Below, piece after piece: positions 11,225-22,255 of a DNA stretch of 23,191 bases. The position numbers were made by a program, and so were the translations under genes. The DNA is from Catajapyx aquilonaris (lineage: Eukaryota): the NCBI GenBank assembly GCA_000934665.2, contig KZ538310.1, positions 62,001 to 85,191 of the forward strand. The letters are read 5' to 3'. Every line of letters starts with the position of its first letter. Position 1 is the first letter of the stretch. The notes beneath the pieces are model-generated. The model was not told where the DNA came from. It searched no databases and saw only the letters and a list, made by a program, of their open reading frames with translations.

Positions 11225-11946
11225 TTCTGCCTTACCTTACCAATCCAGTACGGGGGGTGGGGGGGTGCAATGGCAAGATTGCAACCTCAACCACAGATCG
11301 CTGCTCTACAGTTGTGGGGGGAGGGGGGTACCAGTTTACCTAAAAGAAAAACGATTCCCAGTGAGGTAGAAGCATGACCACAAACTGTGCTCGACGGCTT
11401 GAGTCAACAAAGACGACTGTAATTCACTCCAAACAATCGGTCATGCAGTTGCCTGTCTCAAACACCGTCATCGTGTCAAACAAACTGTTAATTGGAAAGG
11501 CAATTCGCAAGTCGAGGTAACACTAGTAGGCTTTCAGATAAACTGGATACATGTTCAAGTCACCATGTGTAAGGCCTTCGCGTTTTTACAGCCATTTTAA
11601 CAAAATATAGTTTTGCCTACTAATAACAAAGACCTCCAGGATATTCATAAACTAGTAGGCTACTGGTATCAGGGAACAAAACCAGCCTCGACTACAACAA
11701 CAGTAATTCAGCTAGGTGTTCCGCGAATTGTCTCATATTTTCTTTTCATGCCTGTTGCATAAATCATGCATTATTACTGTATGCAATGCAGGTGGCACCT
11801 CCCGAGTTACAGCCCTTCAAATATGCTCCATTATACATCGCATGTACACAGTACAGTACATACTTCAGGAGATGCATTTGGGTAGCACCAGTAGGTTAGA
11901 GGTAGACCACTACAAGCAGAGGGAATGTTACAATTTGGGTAGTTGA

Positions 11947-12284
11947 AGGTTCGCGTTACATAACATGGGCGGAACCCCGACCCTTTGAACTTTTACAATT
12001 TGAGGAGACAAATTTTATTTTCCATTTTTTTTTCTCGAGTCCCGCGTGACCTTCGCGGAAAAGTTCGCTTCAAATTCGCAAATCCCTTGCCTCCCTTGGC
12101 ATTCCATTCCTCGTTCCTTTACCTCGTTTTGGAGGTCATTTCCGTGGTTCTGGGCACACGGACGAGGTGTTTTCCAAGTGCAGTGTGCGAAATGGTTCGG
12201 AGAGGGCATGGGAAGATCATCCTGAAGGGAGGGGGGGGGGGGTCAGGTATGTCCAAAAACAGCCACGTAAATGATAGCAAACCT
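11947..12284. mobile_element. Possible old PIF/Harbinger(Tourist)-like MITE
   Basis: Left end AGGTTCGCGTTACATAACATGG loosely matches the reverse complement of the right end, AGGTTTGCTATCATTTACGTGG. Flanks are TGA/TAA. There is a subterminal poly-G tract, and the interior is CpG-rich relative to the flank. Confidence 0.35.
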
Positions 12285-12499
12285 TAAATTCCTAGCTTAA
12301 GTTACACAAAGAGAGCGGAAATCCTAACTTCCTATTCTGGATAATCCAATGTTGGATACGTTTATCTAATTTTTTGAGAGCAATAATTTGATTACAGAGT
12401 AGACCTGAGTCTCATTATATCAAAATCCAGCTTCACCTTTCTTCCTCCCGCTCACCTTGCCTGACAGGATTGCCGCCATGAATGACCATAAGAGCCAGC

Positions 12500-15400
12500 T
12501 CGGCAGCTCCAGTAGTAACAAATTATTTATTGCAAACCAAATTATGCAAATCACACTTAGTCTAAGTCAGGTAAACATGTTCAATCAATATAAAATATAA
12601 AAATATTTTAAAAACTGCAGCAGTTTGTATCTTACATCAATGTGACACTGCAGAGGAGCCTACTTAATATGAAAGGTCCCTGTGTTCAAGTTCTTAAAAA
12701 GTTGCACTGACTTAGCACTTTTCAATTACTGCTCTACAATTCGGATTTTTTCCCCCAGTCGCATTCGGTTTAGACAATAACATATATACAAGTTCAATTC
12801 ACTAGCAAAGGTTAGCTCTTGGCGAAGGCAATTAGGCTTGACACAACCATTGTTTAATTATCTCAAATTGTACATACTAATGGAAATGCCTTTGAGGGAA
12901 AGTGAAGGATACACCTAAATTGGTAAAAACATGTTGTTCGAATGTCAGGTGCATGGGGTTATCATGTTACTAACAAATAAATCCTTAATCTGACCTAACC
13001 TAATCTACAGTGCACTGAACTCCCTACTCAATATGCACATTTCCAAAGGGTTCAGTAAGTACACTTAATATCTATATCCTTCAATAATAAGATGAAATCC
13101 CACATAATGCACAATAATGTCTCATTTTTTAGTAAGAGCAAAAATATGTAGCAGGTGTGAGGGGGTTGGGATTGGAAAAATCCCAACAGAATACTCCAGC
13201 TCAGCTGCATTATTAAAAGTGATACAGACTCTGCTCTTTTCACTTGCTAATGTCACTGCCTCTGAAGGTCATTGCGCTAACTACATCACCACAGGCATGA
13301 GAGCAAGGGAGAGGGGATGGAGGGAGTGTGTGTGGGCAAGGAGGAAGCAGATTGTAAGCAAGTATAATTATGCAGAGGCATGCCATTGATTCCCCTGAAT
13401 AAAAAACAAGCATTGTCTGCAAATCCACTTGACTGCCAGAAAGTAATGCCATGGCATTTTCCAAAACACCGCAATCCACTGGTGTCATTAGACCACAATA
13501 GACACATATGGAGCAGAATTTATTGAGGTAGGCCTATCTCAGCATCCTTGGCTAGACCCATGGCTAGACACATGTAGAGTCAAAACACTGGGAACCAGAC
13601 AAGATGTGAAAAGCCCTTACCAGGTCGCTACATTTATTGGAATTATCAGTGGTCTAGTTTCAGCATATTTCTTTCAAAAGTCAAATTAAAAACTATTTTT
13701 TAGTTGCATAATTATGTACTATAGAATAGTATAGATCAAATATGTATTCCAGACACAACAGAAATCCTTGAGTAAAGTTTAAAAAATCCTCCTTTTTATT
13801 CATTTTCCTTTATATTTTTTGTACAGGACTGCCTTGCTTCACTTCACCCCACACTGTAGAGTGGTTAATATCACAATTAAAAAGCATAAGCTACCGTACA
13901 TCATTATTATATTTAGTAGCATAATAATCCTTAAGCAAGGACAATGACTGCACATTATAAATCTTCAACATTAGCTTGATACTAGATTCAATTGTTATTG
14001 ATAAGATATTTGGCCAGCTGGCCTTTTCATACAAAAGAGTCTTATCTTAAGCTGGAATGGAAGATACAAGGATAGGTTTCTAATTTTAAAAATTGTGGAA
14101 TTAAACCATGGGAACAAACTGGTTGAAAATGGATCTATCTTAAATGCTCACCTAGGTGACAGATTCACTGGCCAGCAACATGGCCTTACATGTATTTGCA
14201 AACATAGTACACTTAGAAGTGACAAAATCATGAAGGTGAATTCCATCTTTATCTCTGGGAAATGTAAAGTCCTACATGCTAGGCTACCAGATACGGACAT
14301 GGTAAAAAATGAAATAAAATTATTTCTTGCATCTAAGACATGCATTGTGCCATTTAAATTGCCACAAGGTGAATAGCTACTTCTTGCATGAAATAGTACA
14401 TGTGATAAACATAGAGTACAATTAAAATCACACACTGTACAGCATGTAGCAAGCAAACTTCAGTAGACCTATTTCTGTTATAAGGTCACATGTGCCAAAC
14501 AGGTGCCAGATGTCAGCTATCACAAAATGTGTTAAGCCAGGTCTTACACATACTGCAGTTATAACAGCATCTTTCTTCTCACACATAAAATTTTCTAAAA
14601 GCAATACCAAAACCCATTCCACGAGGTGTCTTTTAACCCAAATGACACAACACAAAAATTCCATTAGCTTCAAATAAGATTTACAATCTGATATATTCAA
14701 TACTTCGGTGCATCGTACATGTGTGTGAAACAAGTAGTAGGGTGCTTTATTTCAATTACAATAGCAAGTGTTGAATAAAATTTTTGATACCTGCTTCAAA
14801 ATACAAGCCTGGAGGTCTTATTAGGCAAATTGAGAGGAAAAGTTACAATATCAAAGTCAATATTTGTACTCCATCTTGTTACAGTCTGTGTCCCATTAAA
14901 TTGATATTCTGTTGCAAATAATAAAAGTACATTTTTGGCCAGTTCCAGTTGAGACACTTTCATGTCATGGTTAAAATTAACTAGTCCAAAGATAGTAGAT
15001 ACAATCAGCCACGGAACTCCCTTATTACTTCATTAAGTTTATCCGAAATAAGATCCATAAACAGAGAGGCCCTATGACAGAAGTAAAAATAAATCTACAA
15101 CAAAATTATGAAATTACAATTGAAATGCGAATTTAATAACCAAGCAAATGCCAAAATCTCAGAAAGAGGCCCAGGAGCCAGGGCTATGGAGTACTGCCAC
15201 TGGGTACAACTCTGTAAAATCAAAAACCTGTCCTGTCCTGATCTATTACCCTACAGCAATGCAGGTTCTCCCCCNCCCCCCCCCCTCAAAAGTTGTATTT
15301 TTTTCTGCCGAAGCCTTTCTGTTTACAATAACAATATCACATACCTTGACCATTTGCTTTCACCACAGCATGCTAAATCCTTGGGAAATTATCACAGGTA

Positions 15401-16200
15401 AAAAGCATCAACTACAGGCATCTACAAATCACTCATACATATAATAGCCTCTACAACTCTTCCATAACTTATAACTACCATACATTCGGAAAATGTACTT
15501 GAAAGTAGCTAAAATTTGGCTTCGAAAAAACCCACCATTCTGCCTGGATAAACCTAGCATAATAATGCCAATATAATGATCCATAACCATAAAACCAATA
15601 TTAATTACCATCATGACCAGAAAGTACTTAATGTCAATCCATAATACCTTTATCATCTCCAAGTTGAAAAAGTTTTTACAAAGTTTCTAATATAATTATT
15701 TCTGACCAATTCAGAAATAAAAATATCAGCAACCCACAGCTGACCAACTGACTAAAACCCTGTTACTACCATTTAAACTGAATGACTCGTGAGAGTACTC
15801 ACTTTGAAGATAATGCAGGTGTGAAGTAGCAACCTGCACCGCTGACTGAACCAAGTTGTTGTCAAAAAACCAAAACTCGTGTTCCCATTGTTGTATGCTG
15901 TGTGCCCATTGTTGTCGCGCAAGCAGGTATAATTTGACGGGATGACGGTCGGAATCGGAAAATAATATAACGAGGGAAAATGCTGTGCTGAAGCTGGACT
16001 GCAGCTGAGCGAAGTGCCTTCTCCGAGCTACCTTATCAAACAGAAAAGCTCTGTCCCTGTCTCTTTGGGCAAGTGGACCAAGGCAGCGAGTGCAGCGACA
16101 CCGCAGATCGAAACGGACGTACGGACAACTACTACCACAATAATCCATTCGGCAAAGTGAGCTAGTGGGGGGTGAACAACGAGAGCAGATATTCCGAATA
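12500..16200 (-). ncRNA. Putative spliced lncRNA or small-ORF transcript divergent from COPS3
   Basis: Minus-strand splice-like sites: donor AAG|GTAGCT at 16032/31; exon 15421-15345 (ATTTGTAG| ... CAAG|GTATGT); acceptor TTTTGATTTTACAG| at 15211; exon 14254-14152 (CATTTCCCAG| ... TAG|GTGAGC); acceptor TTGTTTTTTATTCAG| at 13394; AATAAA at 12531-12526. The 5' end is CpG-rich and the body strongly CpG-depleted. Confidence 0.35.
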
Positions 16201-16371
16201 TAGGAGACCTTTTCATTTTGTACGTACGAAGGCGGGATACGTTTAAATGGTACCTCACAAATGAGAGGGATAAAAAAAACAAATGCTGGAGTTAATCTCG
16301 CTGATTGTAATGTTGTTGCTTTTAAGCATATATTCAAGAGATATAAGAACACTATAGAAAAACCCTCCATT

Positions 16372-16465
16372 CGCTCGCATTTTTCTAGGGCGCAGGTCTA
16401 GAAAGTCACTCGCTTCGCTCGCTTTTTCCTAGGCCTGTGGCCTTTCGGGTGCAGGTCATACTTGT
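16372..16465 (+). mobile_element. Possible Helitron-like 3' terminus fragment
   Basis: Repeated CGCTCGC/CGCTTCGCTCG motif, an imperfect GC-rich hairpin GGCCTGTGGCCTTTCGGGTGCAGGTC (16432-16457), then CTTGT a few bases downstream (a CTAGT-like end). Confidence 0.4.
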
Positions 16466-16560
16466 ATATCATATTATTATTATATTATAAAAAGTCGTTC
16501 ATGTGATAATAACATAGTTACGGTATTATATGGAGCGGTATTATATATGGAGCGTAACGA

Positions 16561-16815
16561 GGGGAGGCATGATGGTCTTGTGGTTACGCCACTGTCCAGC
16601 CAAGCGGGAGGCCTGGGTTCAAATCCCGTCCCCGTCACCTCTGCTTGGCCGAGTCTTTTTCCGCTTGCCCGCTTTTCACCCGACATGCGCTAATTGCACT
16701 CCCTTCTCTGCCCAGGGCCAGGAGAAAAAGTCTGGTGTATTTCAGAAAGTCAGAAATGACTATATAAATTACAGTGCCCTCCCTTGGGAACCTTCCCCCT
16801 TCCCCCATTAAAAAA
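16561..16815 (+). mobile_element. tRNA-derived SINE (second family) with short A tail and ~14-bp TSD
   Basis: A box TGGTCTTGTGG (16573-16583), B box GGTTCAAATCC (16616-16626) and an A-run tail. Direct repeats ATGGAGCGTAACGA (16547-16560) and ATGTAGCGTAACGA (16816-16829) differ by one mismatch. Confidence 0.88.
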
Positions 16816-16919
16816 ATGTAGCGTAACGACATCTTGCCAGTAACGACAAATAAATAAAATAATAATGTTATAATATCAGTAGAAGTTATTAGAGTTGAGT
16901 TTCAATTAGTATTGTATTG

Positions 16920-17229
16920 TGCATATCGTGAAGCACCGTGTACAGCGGTGTACAGTACAGTACCATAGACATGTAAAGGCTCATACCAGTTGAGATTACC
17001 CGCGTATAGGGCGCGCAGAGTTACGGCACAGCCTTGGCCTCTTGTAGCGAGGGGCAGAACTAGTCAGTGAGTGTCAAAAACAGTAAGGTAACAGAAGATA
17101 TGTAGTGGGTAGGGATCGGGGGAATGGTGCTGGTTATTACACCACGCGCGTCTTGCCAGTTTACATCTGGAATTGTCTGCAGTTCTTTCACGCCTTCCAC
17201 ACTGAATATACAGTGCTTAAAATGGCGGC
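16920..17229 (+). promoter_or_regulatory. CpG-retaining promoter/5'UTR region of COPS3, with a YY1/PHO-type motif overlapping the start codon
   Basis: Clustered CG/CGCG immediately upstream of the ATG contrasts with the CpG-poor gene body. AAAATGGCGGC is at 17219-17229. The TSS cannot be determined. Confidence 0.5.
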
Positions 17230-17276
17230 CGCACTTGAGCAATATGTTAACAACGTAAGGACCTTGTCCTCGCAGG
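17222..17276 (+). CDS. COPS3: COPS3 exon 1
   Basis: [18 protein letters not shown](G); donor G|GTAAGT, phase 1. Confidence 0.95.
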
Positions 17277-20200
17277 GTAAGTTCTGTTTCAGTTCTGACA
17301 TAAGCTGGAGAGTTCTCCAGGCTGTACTGACCGTCCCTTTGTTGGTCATATGATCTTCCATGAGTGAGGTCCTCAAGTGGTATTTAAAGTTATTATAATT
17401 AAAGGACTTGTTGGGCTGTCTAACATATGTTGCAAGAGTTGAATGAAAGGATCTTGCCTGGTAGGATTATGAGACTGAAGGGCACATGCTTTGCTTGTAG
17501 GCAATTATTTTTGATGCATGGACTATACCAGATATTCCACAGATATTTGATTGTTCCAACTAGAAAAGGAAAAGCTGTAACATTACAAAACGGGGATCCT
17601 GAGCTGAGATATAAGGATCAGGCATCCGAATATTGCCAATTTGCAATTTTCTCCATGATTCAAACAGCCACAGAAGGTACCAGTAACATGTGATAACGAC
17701 TGTACCTATTTGTCATTGTCCACATTTAATAATAATAATACAGGGAGTTCCCTGTTTACAAACAACCCGACTATTGGCAATTGATTGCCAATAGTCGGGT
17801 GGTTCGTAAACAGGGACTTGTAGGACTTACAAACTGCTCCCAAGAGTAAGGATAATTTCTAATTATTCCTCCACTCTCAATCACATCTGTATATGTTGAC
17901 TGACACAAAGTTCAACAGAAATACTGGATAATTAATAAATAATTTGGGAACTACTGTTTTCTGAGCATGTAAACAAACCCACTTGGCGTATGAGGTTTGT
18001 TGGCGCAGCATCTTCGCAATGACGCTTTACACATGTGCGCTGTTTGTCAGGGATCTGAGTTCCATACAAATCCAACTTACAGACGTTCTCGGAAACATAA
18101 CCGTGTTTGTGGACCGAGGACTTCCTGTAGTGTATTACCCTGCAATCTGTAGCATGTCGGTATAAAACAAGGTCAACCAGGGGGCTGGTGTCATACATTT
18201 GGAACATTTTTCTTAATGCCTGGGCCCTCGAGCATGGGTGGGTGGTGAAGGAGAGGTGCAGGTATAAGTGAAATATTGGCGCTGCCTTTTTGTAAGTTCC
18301 CCTGAGTGGTTAATGACCTTTAATAATTGTGCACTACTAACTGTGTCACACTACACAGCCTTTTAATGGGAATTGCTATGGACAAGCAGTAGCACCCAAG
18401 CAGAGAGTTTATTAAATGCCAGTGTCAGGGAACAATTGTGATGTTAAAAAATTGAAATCAAACAGTTCCTACATCTTCTGTAGCCTGTGAAATTGAAAAA
18501 TGCAAACTCACAATGTTCCGACCCCTATATCACAGGTTAGCACCTCTGGTTTGGGATTATAACTGTCACTTTTCTATCAAGCACTTATGCGCCAAATATC
18601 ATTGCCCTATGTGTTAAACAGGTATCATACATATTCCCTATCCAACTTGGCCAACTTGCCCAATGACTGCAGGGATACAAAATGTTATTGTTATAAAATG
18701 AAATGACTGCTGCTTCTCATATACAGGATATAATAGTATGTAGGCATGCCAATAAAATTGTGAGTAACGAGACTTTTCACATACACATCTCGTGGCTATA
18801 CCGGCAAAACCAATGCGAAAACGAGGGTCAAAGTTAAGGTGGCATAACTTCGGAAAATAGCCCCTCTTCATACCCGCTGGACATGTACAGTGCTGGACAT
18901 TAATTCCATGGTACTGCTAGTGATGTTTTCTGAGGCGGCAGAAGTGCACATCAAAGTGATGGAGTGCAAGCCATGCAAGTAAGAAATGGTAGGCCTTAGA
19001 TCACGTAACCAGCTGGGGGCAATGGAGAAAAGGACTTGTCCCCAGCTGGTGACGTCATCCAAGGACTACATTTGTTATTCAGCTTGCACTTCATCACTTC
19101 GATGTGCTCTTCTGCCACCTCAGAAAATGTCGCTAGCAGTACAACATAATTAATGTCCAGTACTGTACTCCATTGTATACTGCCCTGCTGGTTGCCCCTG
19201 GTCTTATACTGGCATGCCACTCTATGAGCAAAAATAGGGTTATATCCCACAGTTATTAAATGCGTTCAAAAAATCAAGTATAAAAAACAATAGACTCCAA
19301 CCTTTGATTAGCCAAGTCCACATTCTCTACCCCACATGACATTCTCCCTCAGCATAAAATTTTCAGAAAAATGAAAATAAATTTCAATTTGTGGTTTCAG
19401 GCAATTTCCGTGAGCTATGTGAGTTCCTAAATAAATCTTCAGAGGCTCTAACCAAAAACTCCATGCACCTGGACAATGTCTTGGAAACTCTCGACCTTCA
19501 GCAGCATTCCCTGGGAATTCTGGCTGTGTTATGTGTCAAGTTATCCCAACCAACCATGCCTGAATTTGAGCCCCTGTTCTCCCAGGTACAAGAATTTATT
19601 ATTGGCTGCAATGGAGAGCAAGTTCGGTTTTCACCAGAAATTTGTAAGTTTGGTGTATCTCTGAATAACACATGTCACTAAACCAGATACTATTTCAGTT
19701 GCTGATCTGAGTCATTTGTTAACACAATGTTTAATTGAGAGGAAGATCCCGCTACGTGGAATTGACTTGTTGTGTCGAGCCATCAGAAAACTGCAGCTGA
19801 CTGAGACGCAGTTAACTTCCATCCATGCCGATCTGTGCCAGTTGTGCTTACTGTCCAAATGCTTGAAACCAGCTCTAGAGTTTTTAGATGTTGACATAAC
19901 TGATATCAACCAAGAGGTAAGTCCCAATTGAATTGTTAGATTCTGCAATTCTTATACTTGGTCTTTTCAGGGCGGCCACTTTGACTCGAAACAGTTGCTC
20001 TTGTATTACTACTATGGTGGGATGATATACACGGCATTGAAGAAATATGAACGGGCATTATACTTTTTTGAGGTGGCCATCACCACTCCAGCCATGGCAG
20101 TGTCACATATTGTATTGGAAGCATACAAGAAGTACATTCTGGTGTCCCTTGTGCTGAATGGCAGGGTACGAGATAGAGACCTGGCAATCTTGGCATATGA

Positions 20201-22255
20201 GTACAATTTTGTGTTTTGCTTAGGTGTTGAATCTGCCCAAGTACACCAGCCAAGTCGTTGGACGTTTCATCAAGCCACTTGGCCAACCATATCATGACCT
20301 GGCCATGGCCTATTCCACGAACAACCCTGATGAAGTGCATGCTATCATCAGTCGCCATCAAGATATTTATATCAGGTTTCTCAATTCCCATACCTTCACA
20401 TATTTAAAAAAGTGCTTGCACACTGCATTGTACATTAGGGCTGAAACTCCTGTAGTTCAGTAGCAGAACACATACCCTTTTTGGTATGAACCTGCACTTG
20501 ATTCCCAGCAGAGTTATGTGTCTAATAGAGGGGCAAACTCATAAAACCATGTTTTCTTCATAGACTTGTGCATGATTGACTTGTCTACTTGCAGAGACAA
20601 AACGATGGGTCTTGCCAAGCAGGTCCTGTCATCCATCTACAAGAAGAACATTCAAAGGCTTACCAAGACATTTCTGACACTCTCACTGACTGACATGGCA
20701 AGTCGTGTGCAATTAACAGGGCCCAAAGAAGCTGAGAAGTACATCCTTAATATGGTAAGTTGCATTTGGTTTGCAACACTTGGACTGGTTCATCCAACTT
20801 TTGATCAGACAGATATCAAGATATGTTGGCAAATATTGTTTTTATAACCACTTCAAATTATGTTATACTGTACAAAATGATTAAGGAAGCTCTATTATCA
20901 TGAAATTTAATATTAATCCCTGTCTTGACTCTTGAGTGACACACATAGTGAAGAGTATTGTAGGTAAAAATACAATTCCAGCACTGGTAAAAAGCCTAGT
21001 TAATCTTCCATTGGTGTTGTGAAATTGTTTGGGATTTTTTGGCCTGGATTGGTGGTAACTTTTTATGTCTGGAAATGCTCTATTTTAATTTTATTTAGAG
21101 GTAAAAAAAAGTGTTCAATCCACACAAACTGCTGTACTTTTTGAAAAGACACTTGGGTTTAGGCAACGTAATTTTTTTTCTCACTGCCATTGCATGTAGG
21201 GAACACCCATCCGACTAGGGTTACTTAGATGACAATAATAATAAATTGGTCCCTGCTATATTTGTTATTCTCATGTAATATCCCAAGAACTTGTAAAGGG
21301 GTATGCACACTGGGTGCATCCATTATGTCTTTGGTCGCGTTGATGCCGTTGACCAATCAGAGCGGGCCCTGCGGTCGAAGAGAAAGCCGTCGACAAAATC
21401 TGTTGAATCTGTTTTGGTCGAGGTCAGAGTCGAGCTAAAACTGCAACCAGCCAATAGGAGGACGCGCTTGGGCAGAGCACATGCGCACTGATGCAGCGCT
21501 CATATAAACCTGCAACTGAGGAAAGAAACGTATAAACAGCAGCTCGTCCTTGACTGTCCTTGACCAATCAGAGTGGGCGCTCGGGGCCTGCTGATTGGTC
21601 GGCGGCATCAACGCGACCAAAACCAAAATGGTCAACGCCAGTGTGCATGGGCCTTAAGTACTTGGGTCGAGCTCTTACATAATGTAGACAGCACATTGTA
21701 TGCCTTCTACAATGTAACAAATTCAGGGATGGAAAAATAACCGCTTCTTTGGGAGGAAGCGGTTCTTTTTCCATCCCTGCACATGGAAAAAAGAAGCGCT
21801 TCTTGGAAGGAAGCGGTTCTTTTTCCATCCCTGAACAAATTAATACTTCCAGTTATAAAAGTGATACCAAGGTTTAGTTTCCAAGTCTGACGGAGATTTC
21901 ATTTATGGCAGATTGAAGATGGGCAAATCTTTGCAACAATAAATCAAAAAGATGGAATGGTCATTTTTCATGACAATCCGGAGAAGTACAATTGCCCCAC
22001 TATGCTGAACAATCTAGAGAAGGAGGTCAGTAACACATATTATCATTCAACCAACCAAACAACTGGGCTGCAAACTAATCTGGTTTCCTTACTCAGATGG
22101 CTCAATGCACAGAACTAGCAAAGAAGGTTCTTTTGATGGAAGAGGAGATTACTGTTAACCCCCAATATGTGAAGAAGTCATGCGGAAGTCAAGATGAGGA
22201 GCTAGGCAGTTCAGCACCTGTGTCCAGCTCCAAGCTTCCTGCTTATTCCATGTAA
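17222..22255 (+). CDS. COPS3: COP9 signalosome complex subunit 3, 8 coding exons, 431 aa: join(17222..17276,19401..19643,19699..19916,19971..20165,20224..20375,20595..20754,21912..22025,22097..22255)
   Basis: The spliced translation is collinear end to end with recalled metazoan CSN3 ([84 protein letters not shown]). All introns are GT-AG, phases are consistent, and the total is 1296 nt. Confidence 0.98.
17749..17816. repeat. Near-perfect 68-bp inverted repeat in COPS3 intron 1, probable MITE remnant
   Basis: 33-bp arms TCCCTGTTTACAAACAACCCGACTATTGGCAAT / ATTGCCAATAGTCGGGTGGTTCGTAAACAGGGA, with 2 mismatches and a 2-nt spacer. TA lies at 17739-40 and 17821-22 around a slightly larger unit. 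Confidence 0.9.
18888..19165. mobile_element. Tc1/mariner-type foldback MITE (278 bp) in COPS3 intron 1
   Basis: TA|CAGTGCTGGACATTAATT ... AATTAATGTCCAGTACTG|TA. The arms stay complementary almost to the centre (CCAGCTGGGGGCAA ... TTGTCCCCAGCTGG). Confidence 0.9.
19401..19643 (+). CDS. COPS3: COPS3 exon 2
   Basis: Acceptor TTTCAG|; [11 protein letters not shown]...QVRFSPEI; donor T|GTAAGT. Confidence 0.95.
19699..19916 (+). CDS. COPS3: COPS3 exon 3
   Basis: Follows a 55-nt intron; [10 protein letters not shown]...DINQE; donor GAG|GTAAGT. Confidence 0.95.
19971..20165 (+). CDS. COPS3: COPS3 exon 4
   Basis: Follows a 54-nt intron; [17 protein letters not shown]...LVLNGR; donor AGG|GTACGA. 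Confidence 0.95.
20224..20375 (+). CDS. COPS3: COPS3 exon 5
   Basis: Follows a 58-nt intron; [19 protein letters not shown]...DIYI(R); donor AG|GTTTCT. Confidence 0.93.
20595..20754 (+). CDS. COPS3: COPS3 exon 6
   Basis: Acceptor TTGCAG|; [10 protein letters not shown]...KYILNM; donor ATG|GTAAGT. Confidence 0.95.
21297..21654. mobile_element. PIF/Harbinger-type MITE (358 bp) in COPS3 intron 6
   Basis: TAA TSD (21294-96, 21655-57). TIRs of ~65 bp: AGGGGTATGCACACTGG...TTTGGTCGCGTTGATGCCG..GACCAATCAG vs reverse complement AGGCCCATGCACACTGG...TTTGGTCGCGTTGATGCCG..GACCAATCAG. Confidence 0.88.
21724..21833. mobile_element. Minimal hAT-type MITE (110 bp) made of two tandem hairpins, in COPS3 intron 6
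   Basis: Perfect 8-bp TSD AACAAATT (21716-23, 21834-41). TIRs are CAGGGATGGAAAAA / TTTTTCCATCCCTG, with an extra internal right end finishing at 21779. Confidence 0.88.
21912..22025 (+). CDS. COPS3: COPS3 exon 7 (not in ORF track)
   Basis: [38 protein letters not shown]; donor GAG|GTCAGT. Confidence 0.95.
22097..22255 (+). CDS. COPS3: COPS3 exon 8, terminal coding exon (not in ORF track)
   Basis: Acceptor CTCAG|; [10 protein letters not shown]...[19 protein letters not shown]...AYSM, stop TAA at 22253-22255. Confidence 0.93.
   Translation: MAQCTELAKKVLLMEEEITVNPQYVKKSCGSQDEELGSSAPVSSSKLPAYSM

Noticed and set aside
13405..13510. H/ACA snoRNA-like stretch
   Set aside because: ACA and ANANNA-like words exist, but a consistent two-hairpin fold could not be built on either strand.
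10097..14297. 15-mer GCTACCAGATACGGA present twice (~10098 and ~14283)
   Set aside because: There is no extended similarity. It is possibly old transposon ends or chance.
15270..15286. Poly-C tract containing an N (other C/G runs at 4797-4812, 10865-10875, 12231-12242)
   Set aside because: These are simple homopolymers with uncertain base-calling. They matter only as possible sources of apparent frameshifts.
15726..16370. 214-aa minus-strand ORF as a protein-coding gene
   Set aside because: No recognisable domain, and it crosses compositionally different segments and donor-like sites. It is probably incidental.
21724..21833. CRISPR-like or prokaryotic terminator arrays
   Set aside because: The context is a eukaryotic intron with only two units, no spacers and no cas genes. 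The 8-bp TSD explains it as a MITE.
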